A DNA stretch of 64,000 bases from Auanema rhodensis. Its lineage: Eukaryota; Animalia; Nematoda. Positions 11,801-27,000 of the stretch are shown here, in pieces; positions within the stretch are counted from its first letter, which is position 1, and the number at the start of each line of letters is the position of its first letter. Under the pieces are notes generated by a model. It saw only the letters and a program-made list of their open reading frames with translations. It made no database searches and had not been told where the DNA came from. The stretch spans positions 21,762,001 through 21,826,000 of the forward strand of contig OZ059896.1 in assembly GCA_964057225.1 (NCBI GenBank), in the 5' to 3' direction. A program made the position numbers and the translations under genes.

Positions 11801-12080
11801 TTAAGCTGCGTCGATCTGTGTTATCAGATTTGCGCTAGCTTAAAAATGCACCAAGATATCAACTGATATAAGTGCACACTTATATCCTCGATTTTCACTC
11901 TGAAGAATTAATTTTTTCGTTGAATAACATTGTCCATCGTCTTTGCCTTGAAAAAAGGAATCTAAAAACATCCACTTTTTGCTAAATTATTTTGAAATTT
12001 TTCGAAAAAATTTTTGTCAAAATGTTTTTGGAAGCAATGTTGAGTGTACATGGAAACTCAACATACACTAATGCATCATT
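2810..12080. repeat. Tandem duplication of a 13-monomer block (period 4562 bp) with an internal 2-mer duplication
   Basis: The rare CACATTGAAGAAC allele lies at 4179 and 8741 (offset 4562 = 13x351-1). The order of the variants TTTGATGCAG, ATGAGG/CTACCTT, TGTGATAT and GTTGAAAAAC is repeated at the same offset. Confidence 0.85.
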
Positions 12081-15000
12081 TTTCAAACAATCATAACTAA
12101 TTTTTGTATTAAGCGTTTCTCAATGTAGTATAGTGCATTTGATGCAGATTTTTAAGCTGCGTCGATCTGTGTTATCAGATTTGCGCTAGCTTAAAAATGC
12201 ACCAAGATATCAACTGATATAAGTGCACACTTATATCCTCGATTTTCACTCTGAAGAATTAATTTTTTCGTTGAATAACATTGTCCATCGTCTTTGCCTT
12301 GAAAAAAGGAATCTAAAAACATCCACTTTTTGCTAAATTATTTTGAAATTTTTCGAAAAAATTTTTGTCAAAATGTTTTTGGAAGCAATGTTGAGTGTAC
12401 ATGAAAACTCAACATACACTAATGCATCATTTTTCAAACAATCATAACTAATTTTTGTATTAAGCGTTTCTCAATGTAGTATAGTGCATTCGATGCGGAT
12501 TTTTAAGCTGCGTCGATCTGTGTTATCAGATTTGCGCTAGCTTAAAAATGCACCAAGATATCAACTGATATAAGTGCACACTTATATCCTCGATTTTCAC
12601 TCTGAAGAATTAATTTTTTCGTTGAATAACATTGTCCATCGTCTTTGCCTTGAAAAAAGGAATCTAAAAACATCCACTTTTTGCTAAATTATTTTGAAAT
12701 TTTTCGAAAAAATTTTTGTCAAAATGTTTTTGGAAGCAATGTTGAGTGTACATGGAAACTCAACATACACTAATGCATCATTTTTCAAACAATCATAACT
12801 AATTTTTGTATTAAGCGTTTCTCAATGTAGTATAGTGCATTTGATGCAGATTTTTAAGCTGCGTCGATCTGTGTTATCAGATTTGCGCTAGCTTAAAAAT
12901 GCACCAAGATATCAACTGATATAAGTGCACACTTATATCCTCGATTTTCACCCTGAAGAATTAATTTTTTCGTTGAATAACATTGTCCATCGTCTTTGCC
13001 TTGAAAAAAGGAATCTGAAAACATCTACTTTTTGCTAAATTATTTTGAAATTTTTCGAAAAAATTTTTGTCAAAATGTTTTTGGAAGCAATGTTGAGTGT
13101 ACATGGAAACTCTACATACACTAATGCATCATTTTTCAAACAATCATAACTAATTTTTGTATTAAGCGTTTCTCAATGTAGTATAGTGCATTCAATGAGG
13201 ATTTTTAAGCTGCGTCGATCTGTGTTATCAGATTTGCGCTACCTTAAAAATGCACCAAGATATCAACTGATATAAGTGCACACATATATCCTCGATTTTC
13301 ACCCTGAAGAATTAATTTTTTCGTTGAATAACATTGTCCATCGTCTTTGCCTTAAAAAAAGGAATCTAAAAACATCTACTTTTTGCTAAATTATTTTGAA
13401 ATTTTTCGAAAAAATTTTTGTCAAAATGTTTTTGGAAGCAATGTTGAGTGTACATGGAAACTCAACATACACTAATGCATCATTTTTCAAACGATCATAA
13501 CTAATTTTTGTATCAAGCGTTTCTCAATGTAGTATAGTGCATTCGATGCGGATTTTTAAGCTGCGTCGATCTGTGTTATCAGATTTGCGCTAGCTTAAAA
13601 ACGCACCGAGATATCAACTGATATAAGTTCACACTTATATCCTCGATTTTCACATTGAAGAACTAATTTTTTCGTTGAATAACATTGTCCATCGTCTCTG
13701 CCTTAAAAAAAGGAATCTAAAAACATCTACTTTTTGCTAAATTATTCTGGAATTTTTCTAAAAAATTTTTGTCAAAATGTTTTTGGAAGCAATGTTGAGT
13801 GTACATGAAAACTCAACATACACTAATGCATCATTTTTCAAACAATCATAACTAATTTTTGTATTAAGCGTTTCTCAATGTAGTATAGTGCATTCGATGC
13901 AGATTTTTAAGCTGCGTCGATCTGTGTTATCAGATTTGCGCTAGCTTAAAAATGCACCAAGATATCAACTGATATAAGTGCACACTTATATCCTCGATTT
14001 TCACCCTGAAGAATTAATTTTCCGTTGAATAACATTGTCCATCGTCTTTGCCTTGAAAAAAGGAATCTAAAAACATCCACTTTTTGCTAAATTATTTCGA
14101 AATTTTTCGAAAAAATTTTTGTCAAAATGTTTTTGGAAGCAATGTTGAGTGTACATGAAAACTCAACATACACTAATGCATCATTTTTCAAACAATCATA
14201 ACTAATTTTTGTATTAAGCGTTTCTCAATGTAGTATAGTGCATTCGATGCGGATTTTTAAGCTGCGTCGATCTGTGTTATCAGATTTGCGCTAGCTTAAA
14301 AATGCACCAAGATATCAACTGATATAAGTGCACACTTATATCCTCGATTTTCACTCTGAAGAATTAATTTTTTCGTTGAATAACATTGTCCATCGTCTTT
14401 GCCTTGAAAAAAGGAATCTAAAAACATCCACTTTTTGCTAAATTATTTTGAAATTTTTCGAAAAAATTTTTGTCAAAATGTTTTTGGAAGCAATGTTGAG
14501 TGTACATGAAAACTCAACATACACTAATGCATCATTTTTCAAACAATCATAACTAATTTTTGTATTAAGCGTTTCTCAATGTAGTATAGTGCATTCGATG
14601 CGGATTTTTAAGCTGCGTCGATCTGTGTTATCAGATTTGCGCTAGCTTAAAAATGCACCAAGATATCAACTGATATAAGTGCACACTTATATCCTCGATT
14701 TTCACTCTGAAGAATTAATTTTTTCGTTGAATAACATTGTCCATCGTCTTTGCCTTGAAAAAAGGAATCTAAAAACATCCACTTTTTGCTAAATTATTTT
14801 GAAATTTTTCGAAAACATTTTTGTCAAAATGTTTTTGGAAGCAATGTTGAGTGTACATGGAAACTCAACATACACTAATGCATCATTTTTCAAACAATCA
14901 TAACTAATTTTTGTATTAAGCGTTTCTCAATGTAGTATAGTGCATTCGATGCAGATTTTTAAGCTGCGTCGATCTGTGTTATCAGATTTGCGCTAGCTTA

Positions 15001-18000
15001 AAAATGCACCAAGATATCAACTGATATAAGTGCACACTTATATCCTCGATTTTCACCCTGAAGAATTAATTTTTTCGTTGAATAACATTGTCCATCGTCT
15101 TTGCCTTGAAAAAAGGAATCTGAAAACATCTACTTTTTGCTAAATTATTTTGAAATTTTTCGAAAAAATTTTTGTCAAAATGTTTTTGGAAGCAATGTTG
15201 AGTGTACATGGAAACTCTACATACACTAATGCATCATTTTTCAAACAATCATAACTAATTTTTGTATTAAGCGTTTCTCAATGTAGTATAGTGCATTCAA
15301 TGAGGATTTTTAAGCTGCGTCGATCTGTGTTATCAGATTTGCGCTAGCTTAAAAATGCACCAAGATATCAACTGATATAAGTGCACACTTATATCCTCGA
15401 TTTTCACCCTGAAGAATTAATTTTTTCGTTGAATAACATTGTCCATCGTCTTTGCCTTGAAAAAAGGAATCTGAAAACATCTACTTTTTGCTAAATTATT
15501 TTGAAATTTTTCGAAAAAATTTTTGTCAAAATGTTTTTGGAAGCAATGTTGAGTGTACATGGAAACTCTACATACACTAATGCATCATTTTTCAAACAAT
15601 CATAACTAATTTTTGTATTAAGCGTTTCTCAATGTAGTATAGTGCATTCAATGAGGATTTTTAAGCTGCGTCGATCTGTGTTATCAGATTTGAGCTACCT
15701 TAAAAATGCACCAAGATATCAACTGATATAAGTGCACACATATATCCTCGATTTTCACCCTGAAGAATTAATTTTTTCGTTGAATAACATTGTCCATCGT
15801 CTTTGCCTTAAAAAAAGGAATCTAAAAACATCTACTTTTTGCTAAATTATTTTGAAATTTTTCGAAAAAATTTTTGTCAAAATGTTTTTGGAAGCAATGT
15901 TGAGTGTACATGAAAACTCAACATACACTAATGCATCATTTTTCAAACGATCATAACTAATTTTTGTATTAAGCGTTTCTCAATGTAGTATAGTGCATTC
16001 GATGCGGATTTCTAAGCTGCGTCGATCTGTGTTATCAGATTTGCGCTAGCTTAAAAATGCACCGAGATATCAACTGATATAAGTTTACACTTATATCCTC
16101 GATTTTCACCCTGAAGAAATAATTTTTTCGTTGAATAACATTGTCCATCGTCTTTGCCTTGAAAAAAGAAATCTAAAAACATCTACTTTTCGCTAAATTA
16201 TTTTGAAATTTTTCGAAAAAATTTTTGTCAAAATGTTTTTGGAAGCAATGTTGAGTGTACATGGAAACTCAACATACACTAATGCATCATTTTTCAAACG
16301 ATCATAACTAATTTTTGTATTAAGCGTTTCTCAATGTAATATAGTGCATTCGATGCGGATTTTTAAGCTGCGTCGATCTGTGTTATCAGATTTGCGCTAG
16401 CTTAAAAATGCACCAAGATATCAACTGATATAAGTGCACACTTATATCCTCGATTTTCACCCTGAAGAATTAATTTTCCGTTGAATAACATTGTCCATCG
16501 TCTTCGCCTTGAAAAAAGGAATCTAAAAACATCTACTTTTTGCTAAATTATTTTGAAATTTTTCGAAAACATTTTTGTCAAAATGTTTTTGGAAGCAATG
16601 TTGAGTGTACATGGAAACTCAACATACACTAATGCATCATTTTTCAAACGATCATAACTAATTTTTGTATCAAGCGTTTTTCAATGTAGTATAGTGCATT
16701 CGATGCGGATTTTTAAGCTGCGTCGATCTGTGTTATCAGATTTGCGCTAGCTTAAAAATGCACCGAGATATCAACTGATATAAGTTCACACTTATATCCT
16801 CGATTTTCACCCTGAAGAATTAAATTTTTCGTTGAATAACATTGTCCATCGTCTTTGCCTTGAAAAAAGAAATCTAAAAACATCTACTTTTCGCTAAATT
16901 ATTTTGAAATTTTTCGAAAAAATTTTTGTCAAAATGTTTTTGGAAGCAATGTTGAGTGTACATGGAAACTCAACATACACTAATGCATCATTTTTCAAAC
17001 GATCATAACTAATTTTTGTATCAAGCGTTTTTCAATGTAGTATAGTGCATTCGATGCGGATTTTTAAGCTGCGTCGATCTGTGTTATCAGATTTGCGCTA
17101 GCTTAAAAATGCACCGAGATATCAACTGATATAAGTTCACACTTATATCCTCGATTTTCACCCTGAAGAATTAAATTTTTCGTTGAATAACATTGTCCAT
17201 CGTCTTTGCCTTGAAAAAAGAAATCTAAAAACATCTACTTTTCGCTAAATTATTTTGAAATTTTTCGAAAAAATTTTTGTCAAAATGTTTTTGGAAGCAA
17301 TGTTGAGTGTACATGGAAACTCAACATACACTAATGCATCATTTTTCAAACGATCATAACTAATTTTTGTATTAAGCGTTTCTCAATGTAGTATAGTGCA
17401 TTCGATGCGGATTTTTAAGCTGCGTCGATCTGTGTTATCAGATTTGCGCTAGCTTAAAAATGCACCAAGATATCAACTGATATAAGTGCACACTTATATC
17501 CTCGATTTTCACCCTGAAGAATTAATTTTCCGTTGAATAACATTGTCCATCGTCTTTGCCTTGAAAAAAGGAATCTAAAAACATCCACTTTTTGCTAAAT
17601 TATTTCGAAATTTTTCGAAAAAATTTTTGTCAAAATGTTTTTGGAAGCAATGTTGAGTGTACATGGAAACTCAACATACACTAATGCATCATTTTTCAAA
17701 CGATCATAACTAATTTTTGTATCAAGCGTTTCTCAATGTAGTATAGTGCATTCGATGCGGATTTTTAAGCTGCGTCGATCTGTGTTATCAGATTTGCGCT
17801 AGCTTAAAAATGCACCAAGATATCAACTGATATAAGTGCACACTTATATCCTCGATTTTCACCCTGAAGAATTAATTTTTTCGTTGAAAAACATTGTCCA
17901 TCGTCTTTGCCTTGAAAAAAGGAATCTAAAAACATCCACTTTTTGCTAAATTATTTTGAAATTTTTCGAAAAAATTTTTGTCAAAATGTTTTTGGAAGCA

Positions 18001-21000
18001 ATGTTGAGTGTACATGGAAACTCAACATACACTAATGCATCATTTTTCAAACGATCATAACTAATTTTTGTATTAAGCGTTTCTCAATGTAGTATAGTGC
18101 ATTCGATGCGGATTTTTAAGCTGCGTCGATCTGTGTTATCAGATTTGCGCTAGCTTGAAAATGCACCAAGATATCAACTGATATAAGTGCACACTTATAT
18201 CCTCGATTTTCACCCTGAAGAATTAATTTTTTCGTTGAATAACATTGTCCATCGTCTTTGCCTTGAAAAAAGAAATCTAAAAACATCTACTTTTTGCTAA
18301 ATTATTTTGAAATTTTTCGAAAAAATTTTTGTCAAAATGTTTTTGGAAGCAATGTTGAGTGTACATGAAAACTCAACATACACTAATGCATCATTTTTCA
18401 AACGATCATAACTAATTTTTGTATTAAGCGTTTCTCAATGTAGTATAGTGCATTCGATGCGGATTTCTAAGCTGCGTCGATCTGTGTTATCAGATTTGCG
18501 CTAGCTTAAAAATGCACCGAGATATCAACTGATATAAGTTTACACTTATATCCTCGATTTTCACCCTGAAGAAATAATTTTTTCGTTGAATAACATTGTC
18601 CATCGTCTTTGCCTTGAAAAAAGAAATCTAAAAACATCTACTTTTCGCTAAATTATTTTGAAATTTTTCGAAAAAATTTTTGTCAAAATGTTTTTGGAAG
18701 CAATGTTGAGTGTACATGGAAACTCAACATACACTAATGCATCATTTTTCAAACGATCATAACTAATTTTTGTATCAAGCGTTTCTCAATGTAGTATAGT
18801 GCATTCGATGCGGATTTTTAAGCTGCGTCGATCTGTGTTATCAGATTTGCGCTAGCTTGAAAATGCACCAAGATATCAACTGATATAAGTGCACACTTAT
18901 ATCCTCGATTTTCACCCTGAAGAATTAATTTTTTCGTTGAATAACATTGTCCATCGTCTTTGCCTTGAAAAAAGAAATCTAAAAACATCTACTTTTTGCT
19001 AAATTATTTTGAAATTTTTCGAAAAAATTTTTGTCAAAATGTTTTTGGAAGCAATGTTGAGTGTACATGAAAACTCAACATACACTAATGCATCATTTTT
19101 CAAACGATCATAACTAATTTTTGTATTAAGCGTTTCTCAATGTAGTATAGTGCATTCGATGCGGATTTCTAAGCTGCGTCGATCTGTGTTATCAGATTTG
19201 CGCTAGCTTAAAAATGCACCGAGATATCAACTGATATAAGTTTACACTTATATCCTCGATTTTCACCCTGAAGAAATAATTTTTTCGTTGAATAACATTG
19301 TCCATCGTCTTTGCCTTGAAAAAAGAAATCTAAAAACATCTACTTTTCGCTAAATTATTTTGAAATTTTTCGAAAAAATTTTTGTCAAAATGTTTTTGGA
19401 AGCAATGTTGAGTGTACATGGAAACTCAACATACACTAATGCATCATTTTTCAAACGATCATAACTAATTTTTGTATCAAGCGTTTCTCAATGTAGTATA
19501 GTGCATTCGATGCGGATTTTTAAGCTGCGTCGATCTGTGTTATCAGATTTGCGCTAGCTTAAAAATGCACCAAGATATCAACTGATATAAGTGCACACTT
19601 ATATCCTCGATTTTCACCCTGAAGAATTAATTTTTTCGTTGAAAAACATTGTCCATCGTCTTTGCCTTGAAAAAAGGAATCTAAAAACATCCACTTTTTG
19701 CTAAATTATTTTGAAATTTTTCGAAAAAATTTTTGTCAAAATGTTTTTGGAAGCAATGTTGAGTGTACATGGAAACTCAACATACACTAATGCATCATTT
19801 TTCAAACGATCATAACTAATTTTTGTATTAAGCGTTTCTCAATGTAGTATAGTGCATTCGATGCGGATTTTTAAGCTGCGTCGATCTGTGTTATCAGATT
19901 TGCGCTAGCTTGAAAATGCACCAAGATATCAACTGATATAAGTGCACACTTATATCCTCGATTTTCACCCTGAAGAATTAATTTTTTCGTTGAATAACAT
20001 TGTCCATCGTCTTTGCCTTGAAAAAAGAAATCTAAAAACATCTACTTTTTGCTAAATTATTTTGAAATTTTTCGAAAAAATTTTTGTCAAAATGTTTTTG
20101 GAAGCAATGTTGAGTGTACATGAAAACTCAACATACACTAATGCATCATTTTTCAAACGATCATAACTAATTTTTGTATTAAGCGTTTCTCAATGTAGTA
20201 TAGTGCATTCGATGCGGATTTCTAAGCTGCGTCGATCTGTGTTATCAGATTTGCGCTAGCTTAAAAATGCACCGAGATATCAACTGATATAAGTTTACAC
20301 TTATATCCTCGATTTTCACCCTGAAGAAATAATTTTTTCGTTGAATAACATTGTCCATCGTCTTTGCCTTGAAAAAAGAAATCTAAAAACATCTACTTTT
20401 CGCTAAATTATTTTGAAATTTTTCGAAAAAATTTTTGTCAAAATGTTTTTGGAAGCAATGTTGAGTGTACATGGAAACTCAACATACACTAATGCATCAT
20501 TTTTCAAACGATCATAACTAATTTTTGTATTAAGCGTTTCTCAATGTAATATAGTGCATTCGATGCGGATTTTTAAGCTGCGTCGATCTGTGTTATCAGA
20601 TTTGCGCTAGCTTAAAAATGCACCAAGATATCAACTGATATAAGTGCACACTTATATCCTCGATTTTCACCCTGAAGAATTAATTTTCCGTTGAATAACA
20701 TTGTCCATCGTCTTTGCCTTGAAAAAAGGAATCTAAAAACATCCACTTTTTGCTAAATTATTTCGAAATTTTTCGAAAAAATTTTTGTCAAAATGTTTTT
20801 GGAAGCAATGTTGAGTGTACATGAAAACTCAACATACACTAATGCATCATTTTTCAAACAATCATAACTAATTTTTGTATTAAGCGTTTCTCAATGTAGT
20901 ATAGTGCATTCGATGCGGATTTTTAAGCTGCGTCGATCTGTGTTATCAGATTTGCGCTAGCTTAAAAATGCACCAAGATATCAACTGATATAAGTGCACA

Positions 21001-24000
21001 CTTATATCCTCGATTTTCACTCTGAAGAATTAATTTTTTCGTTGAATAACATTGTCCATCGTCTTTGCCTTGAAAAAAGGAATCTAAAAACATCCACTTT
21101 TTGCTAAATTATTTTGAAATTTTTCGAAAAAATTTTTGTCAAAATGTTTTTGGAAGCAATGTTGAGTGTACATGAAAACTCAACATACACTAATGCATCA
21201 TTTTTCAAACAATCATAACTAATTTTTGTATTAAGCGTTTCTCAATGTAGTATAGTGCATTCGATGCGGATTTTTAAGCTGCGTCGATCTGTGTTATCAG
21301 ATTTGCGCTAGCTTAAAAATGCACCAAGATATCAACTGATATAAGTGCACACTTATATCCTCGATTTTCACTCTGAAGAATTAATTTTTTCGTTGAATAA
21401 CATTGTCCATCGTCTTTGCCTTGAAAAAAGGAATCTAAAAACATCCACTTTTTGCTAAATTATTTTGAAATTTTTCGAAAAAATTTTTGTCAAAATGTTT
21501 TTGGAAGCAATGTTGAGTGTACATGGAAACTCAACATACACTAATGCATCATTTTTCAAACAATCATAACTAATTTTTGTATTAAGCGTTTCTCAATGTA
21601 GTATAGTGCATTCGATGCAGATTTTTAAGCTGCGTCGATCTGTGTTATCAGATTTGCGCTAGCTTAAAAATGCACCAAGATATCAACTGATATAAGTGCA
21701 CACTTATATCCTCGATTTTCACCCTGAAGAATTAATTTTTTCGTTGAATAACATTGTCCATCGTCTTTGCCTTGAAAAAAGGAATCTGAAAACATCTACT
21801 TTTTGCTAAATTATTTTGAAATTTTTCGAAAAAATTTTTGTCAAAATGTTTTTGGAAGCAATGTTGAGTGTACATGGAAACTCTACATACACTAATGCAT
21901 CATTTTTCAAACAATCATAACTAATTTTTGTATTAAGCGTTTCTCAATGTAGTATAGTGCATTCAATGAGGATTTTTAAGCTGCGTCGATCTGTGTTATC
22001 AGATTTGCGCTACCTTAAAAATGCACCAAGATATCAACTGATATAAGTGCACACATATATCCTCGATTTTCACCCTGAAGAATTAATTTTTTCGTTGAAT
22101 AACATTGTCCATCGTCTTTGCCTTAAAAAAAGGAATCTAAAAACATCTACTTTTTGCTAAATTATTTTGAAATTTTTCGAAAAAATTTTTGTCAAAATGT
22201 TTTTGGAAGCAATGTTGAGTGTACATGGAAACTCAACATACACTAATGCATCATTTTTCAAACGATCATAACTAATTTTTGTATTAAGCGTTTCTCAATG
22301 TAGTATAGTGCATTCGATGCGGATTTTTAAGCTGCGTCGATCTGTGTTATCAGATTTGCGCTAGCTTAAAAATGCACCAAGATATCAACTGATATAAGTG
22401 CACACTTATATCCTCGATTTTCACCCTGAAGAATTAATTTTTTCGTTGAATAACATTGTCCATCGTCTTTGCCTTGAAAAAAGGAATCTGAAAACATCTA
22501 CTTTTTGCTAAATTATTTTGAAATTTTTCGAAAAAATTTTTGTCAAAATGTTTTTGGAAGCAATGTTGAGTGTACATGGAAACTCTACATACACTAATGC
22601 ATCATTTTTCAAACAATCATAACTAATTTTTGTATTAAGCGTTTCTCAATGTAGTATAGTGCATTCAATGAGGATTTTTAAGCTGCGTCGATCTGTGTTA
22701 TCAGATTTGCGCTACCTTAAAAATGCACCAAGATATCAACTGATATAAGTGCACACATATATCCTCGATTTTCACCCTGAAGAATTAATTTTTTCGTTGA
22801 ATAACATTGTCCATCGTCTTTGCCTTAAAAAAAGGAATCTAAAAACATCTACTTTTTGCTAAATTATTTTGAAATTTTTCGAAAAAATTTTTGTCAAAAT
22901 GTTTTTGGAAGCAATGTTGAGTGTACATGGAAACTCAACATACACTAATGCATCATTTTTCAAACGATCATAACTAATTTTTGTATCAAGCGTTTCTCAA
23001 TGTAGTATAGTGCATTCGATGCGGATTTTTAAGCTGCGTCGATCTGTGTTATCAGATTTGCGCTAGCTTAAAAACGCACCGAGATATCAACTGATATAAG
23101 TTCACACTTATATCCTCGATTTTCACATTGAAGAACTAATTTTTTCGTTGAATAACATTGTCCATCGTCTCTGCCTTAAAAAAAGGAATCTAAAAACATC
23201 TACTTTTTGCTAAATTATTCTGGAATTTTTCTAAAAAATTTTTGTCAAAATGTTTTTGGAAGCAATGTTGAGTGTACATGAAAACTCAACATACACTAAT
23301 GCATCATTTTTCAAACAATCATAACTAATTTTTGTATTAAGCGTTTCTCAATGTAGTATAGTGCATTCGATGCAGATTTTTAAGCTGCGTCGATCTGTGT
23401 TATCAGATTTGCGCTAGCTTAAAAATGCACCAAGATATCAACTGATATAAGTGCACACTTATATCCTCGATTTTCACCCTGAAGAATTAATTTTCCGTTG
23501 AATAACATTGTCCATCGTCTTTGCCTTGAAAAAAGGAATCTAAAAACATCCACTTTTTGCTAAATTATTTCGAAATTTTTCGAAAAAATTTTTGTCAAAA
23601 TGTTTTTGGAAGCAATGTTGAGTGTACATGAAAACTCAACATACACTAATGCATCATTTTTCAAACAATCATAACTAATTTTTGTATTAAGCGTTTCTCA
23701 ATGTAGTATAGTGCATTCGATGCGGATTTTTAAGCTGCGTCGATCTGTGTTATCAGATTTGCGCTAGCTTAAAAATGCACCAAGATATCAACTGATATAA
23801 GTGCACACTTATATCCTCGATTTTCACTCTGAAGAATTAATTTTTTCGTTGAATAACATTGTCCATCGTCTTTGCCTTGAAAAAAGGAATCTAAAAACAT
23901 CCACTTTTTGCTAAATTATTTTGAAATTTTTCGAAAAAATTTTTGTCAAAATGTTTTTGGAAGCAATGTTGAGTGTACATGAAAACTCAACATACACTAA

Positions 24001-27000
24001 TGCATCATTTTTCAAACAATCATAACTAATTTTTGTATTAAGCGTTTCTCAATGTAGTATAGTGCATTCGATGCGGATTTTTAAGCTGCGTCGATCTGTG
24101 TTATCAGATTTGCGCTAGCTTAAAAATGCACCAAGATATCAACTGATATAAGTGCACACTTATATCCTCGATTTTCACTCTGAAGAATTAATTTTTTCGT
24201 TGAATAACATTGTCCATCGTCTTTGCCTTGAAAAAAGGAATCTAAAAACATCCACTTTTTGCTAAATTATTTTGAAATTTTTCGAAAACATTTTTGTCAA
24301 AATGTTTTTGGAAGCAATGTTGAGTGTACATGGAAACTCAACATACACTAATGCATCATTTTTCAAACAATCATAACTAATTTTTGTATTAAGCGTTTCT
24401 CAATGTAGTATAGTGCATTCGATGCAGATTTTTAAGCTGCGTCGATCTGTGTTATCAGATTTGCGCTAGCTTAAAAATGCACCAAGATATCAACTGATAT
24501 AAGTGCACACTTATATCCTCGATTTTCACCCTGAAGAATTAATTTTTTCGTTGAATAACATTGTCCATCGTCTTTGCCTTGAAAAAAGGAATCTGAAAAC
24601 ATCTACTTTTTGCTAAATTATTTTGAAATTTTTCGAAAAAATTTTTGTCAAAATGTTTTTGGAAGCAATGTTGAGTGTACATGGAAACTCTACATACACT
24701 AATGCATCATTTTTCAAACAATCATAACTAATTTTTGTATTAAGCGTTTCTCAATGTAGTATAGTGCATTCAATGAGGATTTTTAAGCTGCGTCGATCTG
24801 TGTTATCAGATTTGCGCTAGCTTAAAAATGCACCAAGATATCAACTGATATAAGTGCACACTTATATCCTCGATTTTCACCCTGAAGAATTAATTTTTTC
24901 GTTGAATAACATTGTCCATCGTCTTTGCCTTGAAAAAAGGAATCTGAAAACATCTACTTTTTGCTAAATTATTTTGAAATTTTTCGAAAAAATTTTTGTC
25001 AAAATGTTTTTGGAAGCAATGTTGAGTGTACATGGAAACTCTACATACACTAATGCATCATTTTTCAAACAATCATAACTAATTTTTGTATTAAGCGTTT
25101 CTCAATGTAGTATAGTGCATTCGATGAGGATTTTTAAGCTGCGTCGATCTGTGTTATCAGATTTGCGCTACCTTAAAAATGCACCAAGATATCAACTGAT
25201 ATAAGTGCACACTTATATCCTCGATTTTCACCCTGAAGAATTAATTTTTTCGTTGAATAACATTGTCCATCGTCTTTGCCTTAAAAAGAGGAATCTAAAA
25301 ACATCTACTTTTTGCTAAATTATTTTGAAATTTTTCAAAAAAATTTTTGTCAAAATGTTTTTGGAAGCAATGTTGAGTGTACATGGAAACTCAACATACA
25401 CTAATGCATCATTTTTCAAACGATCATAACTAATTTTTGTATCAAGCGTTTCTCAATGTAGTATAGTGCATTCGATGCGGATTTCTAAGCTGCGTCGATC
25501 TGTGTTATCAGATTTGCGCTAGCTTAAAAATGCACCGAGATATCAACTGATATAAGTTCACACTTATATCCTCGATTTTCACCCTGAAGAATTAATTTTT
25601 TCGTTGAATAACATTGTCCATCGTCTTTGCCTTGAAAAAAGAAATCTAAAAACATCTACTTTTCGCTAAATTATTTTGAAATTTTTCGAAAAAATTTTTG
25701 TCAAAATGTTTTTGGAAGCAATGTTGAGTGTACATGGAAACTCTACATACACTAATGCATCATTTTTCAAACAATCATAACTAATTTTTGTATTAAGCGT
25801 TTCTCAATGTAGTATAGTGCATTCGATGCGGATTTTTAAGCTGCGTCGATCTGTGTTATCAGATTTGCGCTAGCTTAAAAACGCACCGAGATATCAACTG
25901 ATATAAGTTCACACTTATATCCTCGATTTTCACATTGAAGAACTAATTTTTTCGTTGAATAACATTGTCCATCGTCTCTGCCTTAAAAAAAGGAATCTAA
26001 AAACATCTACTTTTTGCTAAATTATTCTGGAATTTTTCGAAAAAATTTTTGTCAAAATGTTTTTGGAAGCAATGTTGAGTGTACATGAAAACTCAACATA
26101 CACTAATGCATCATTTTTCAAACGATCATAACTAATTTTTGTATTAAGCGTTTCTCAATGTAGTATAGTGCATTCGATGCGGATTTCTAAGCTGCGTCGA
26201 TCTGTGTCATCAGATTTGCGCTAGCTTAAAAATGCACCGAGATATCAACTGATATATGTTCACACTTATATCCTCGATTTTCACCCTGAAGAATTAATTT
26301 TTTCGTTGAATAACATTGTCCATCGTCTTTGCCTTGAAAAAAGAAATCTAAAAACATCTACTTTTCGCTAAATTATTTTGAAATTTTTCGAAAAAATTTT
26401 TGTCAAAATGTTTTTGGAAGCAATGTTGAGTGTACATGGAAACTCAACATACACTAATGCATCATTTTTCAAACAATCATAACTAATTTTTGTATTAAGC
26501 GTTTCTCAATGTAGTATAGTGCATTCGATGCGGATTTCTAAGCTGCGTCGATCTGTGTCATCAGATTTGCGCTAGCTTAAAAATGCACCGAGATATCAAC
26601 TGATATATGTTCACACTTATATCCTCGATTTTCACCCTGAAGAATTAATTTTTTCGTTGAATAACATTGTCCATCGTCTTTGCCTTGAAAAAAGAAATCT
26701 AAAAACATCTACTTTTCGCTAAATTATTTTGAAATTTTTCGAAAAAATTTTTGTCAAAATGTTTTTGGAAGCAATGTTGAGTGTACATGGAAACTCAACA
26801 TACACTAATGCATCATTTTTCAAACAATCATAACTAATTTTTGTATTAAGCGTTTCTCAATGTAGTATAGTGCATTCGATGCAGATTTTTAAGCTGCGTC
26901 GATCTGTGTTATCAGATTTGCGCTAGCTTAAAAATGCACCAAGATATCAACTGATATAAGTGCACACTTATATCCTCGATTTTCACCCTGAAGAATTAAT

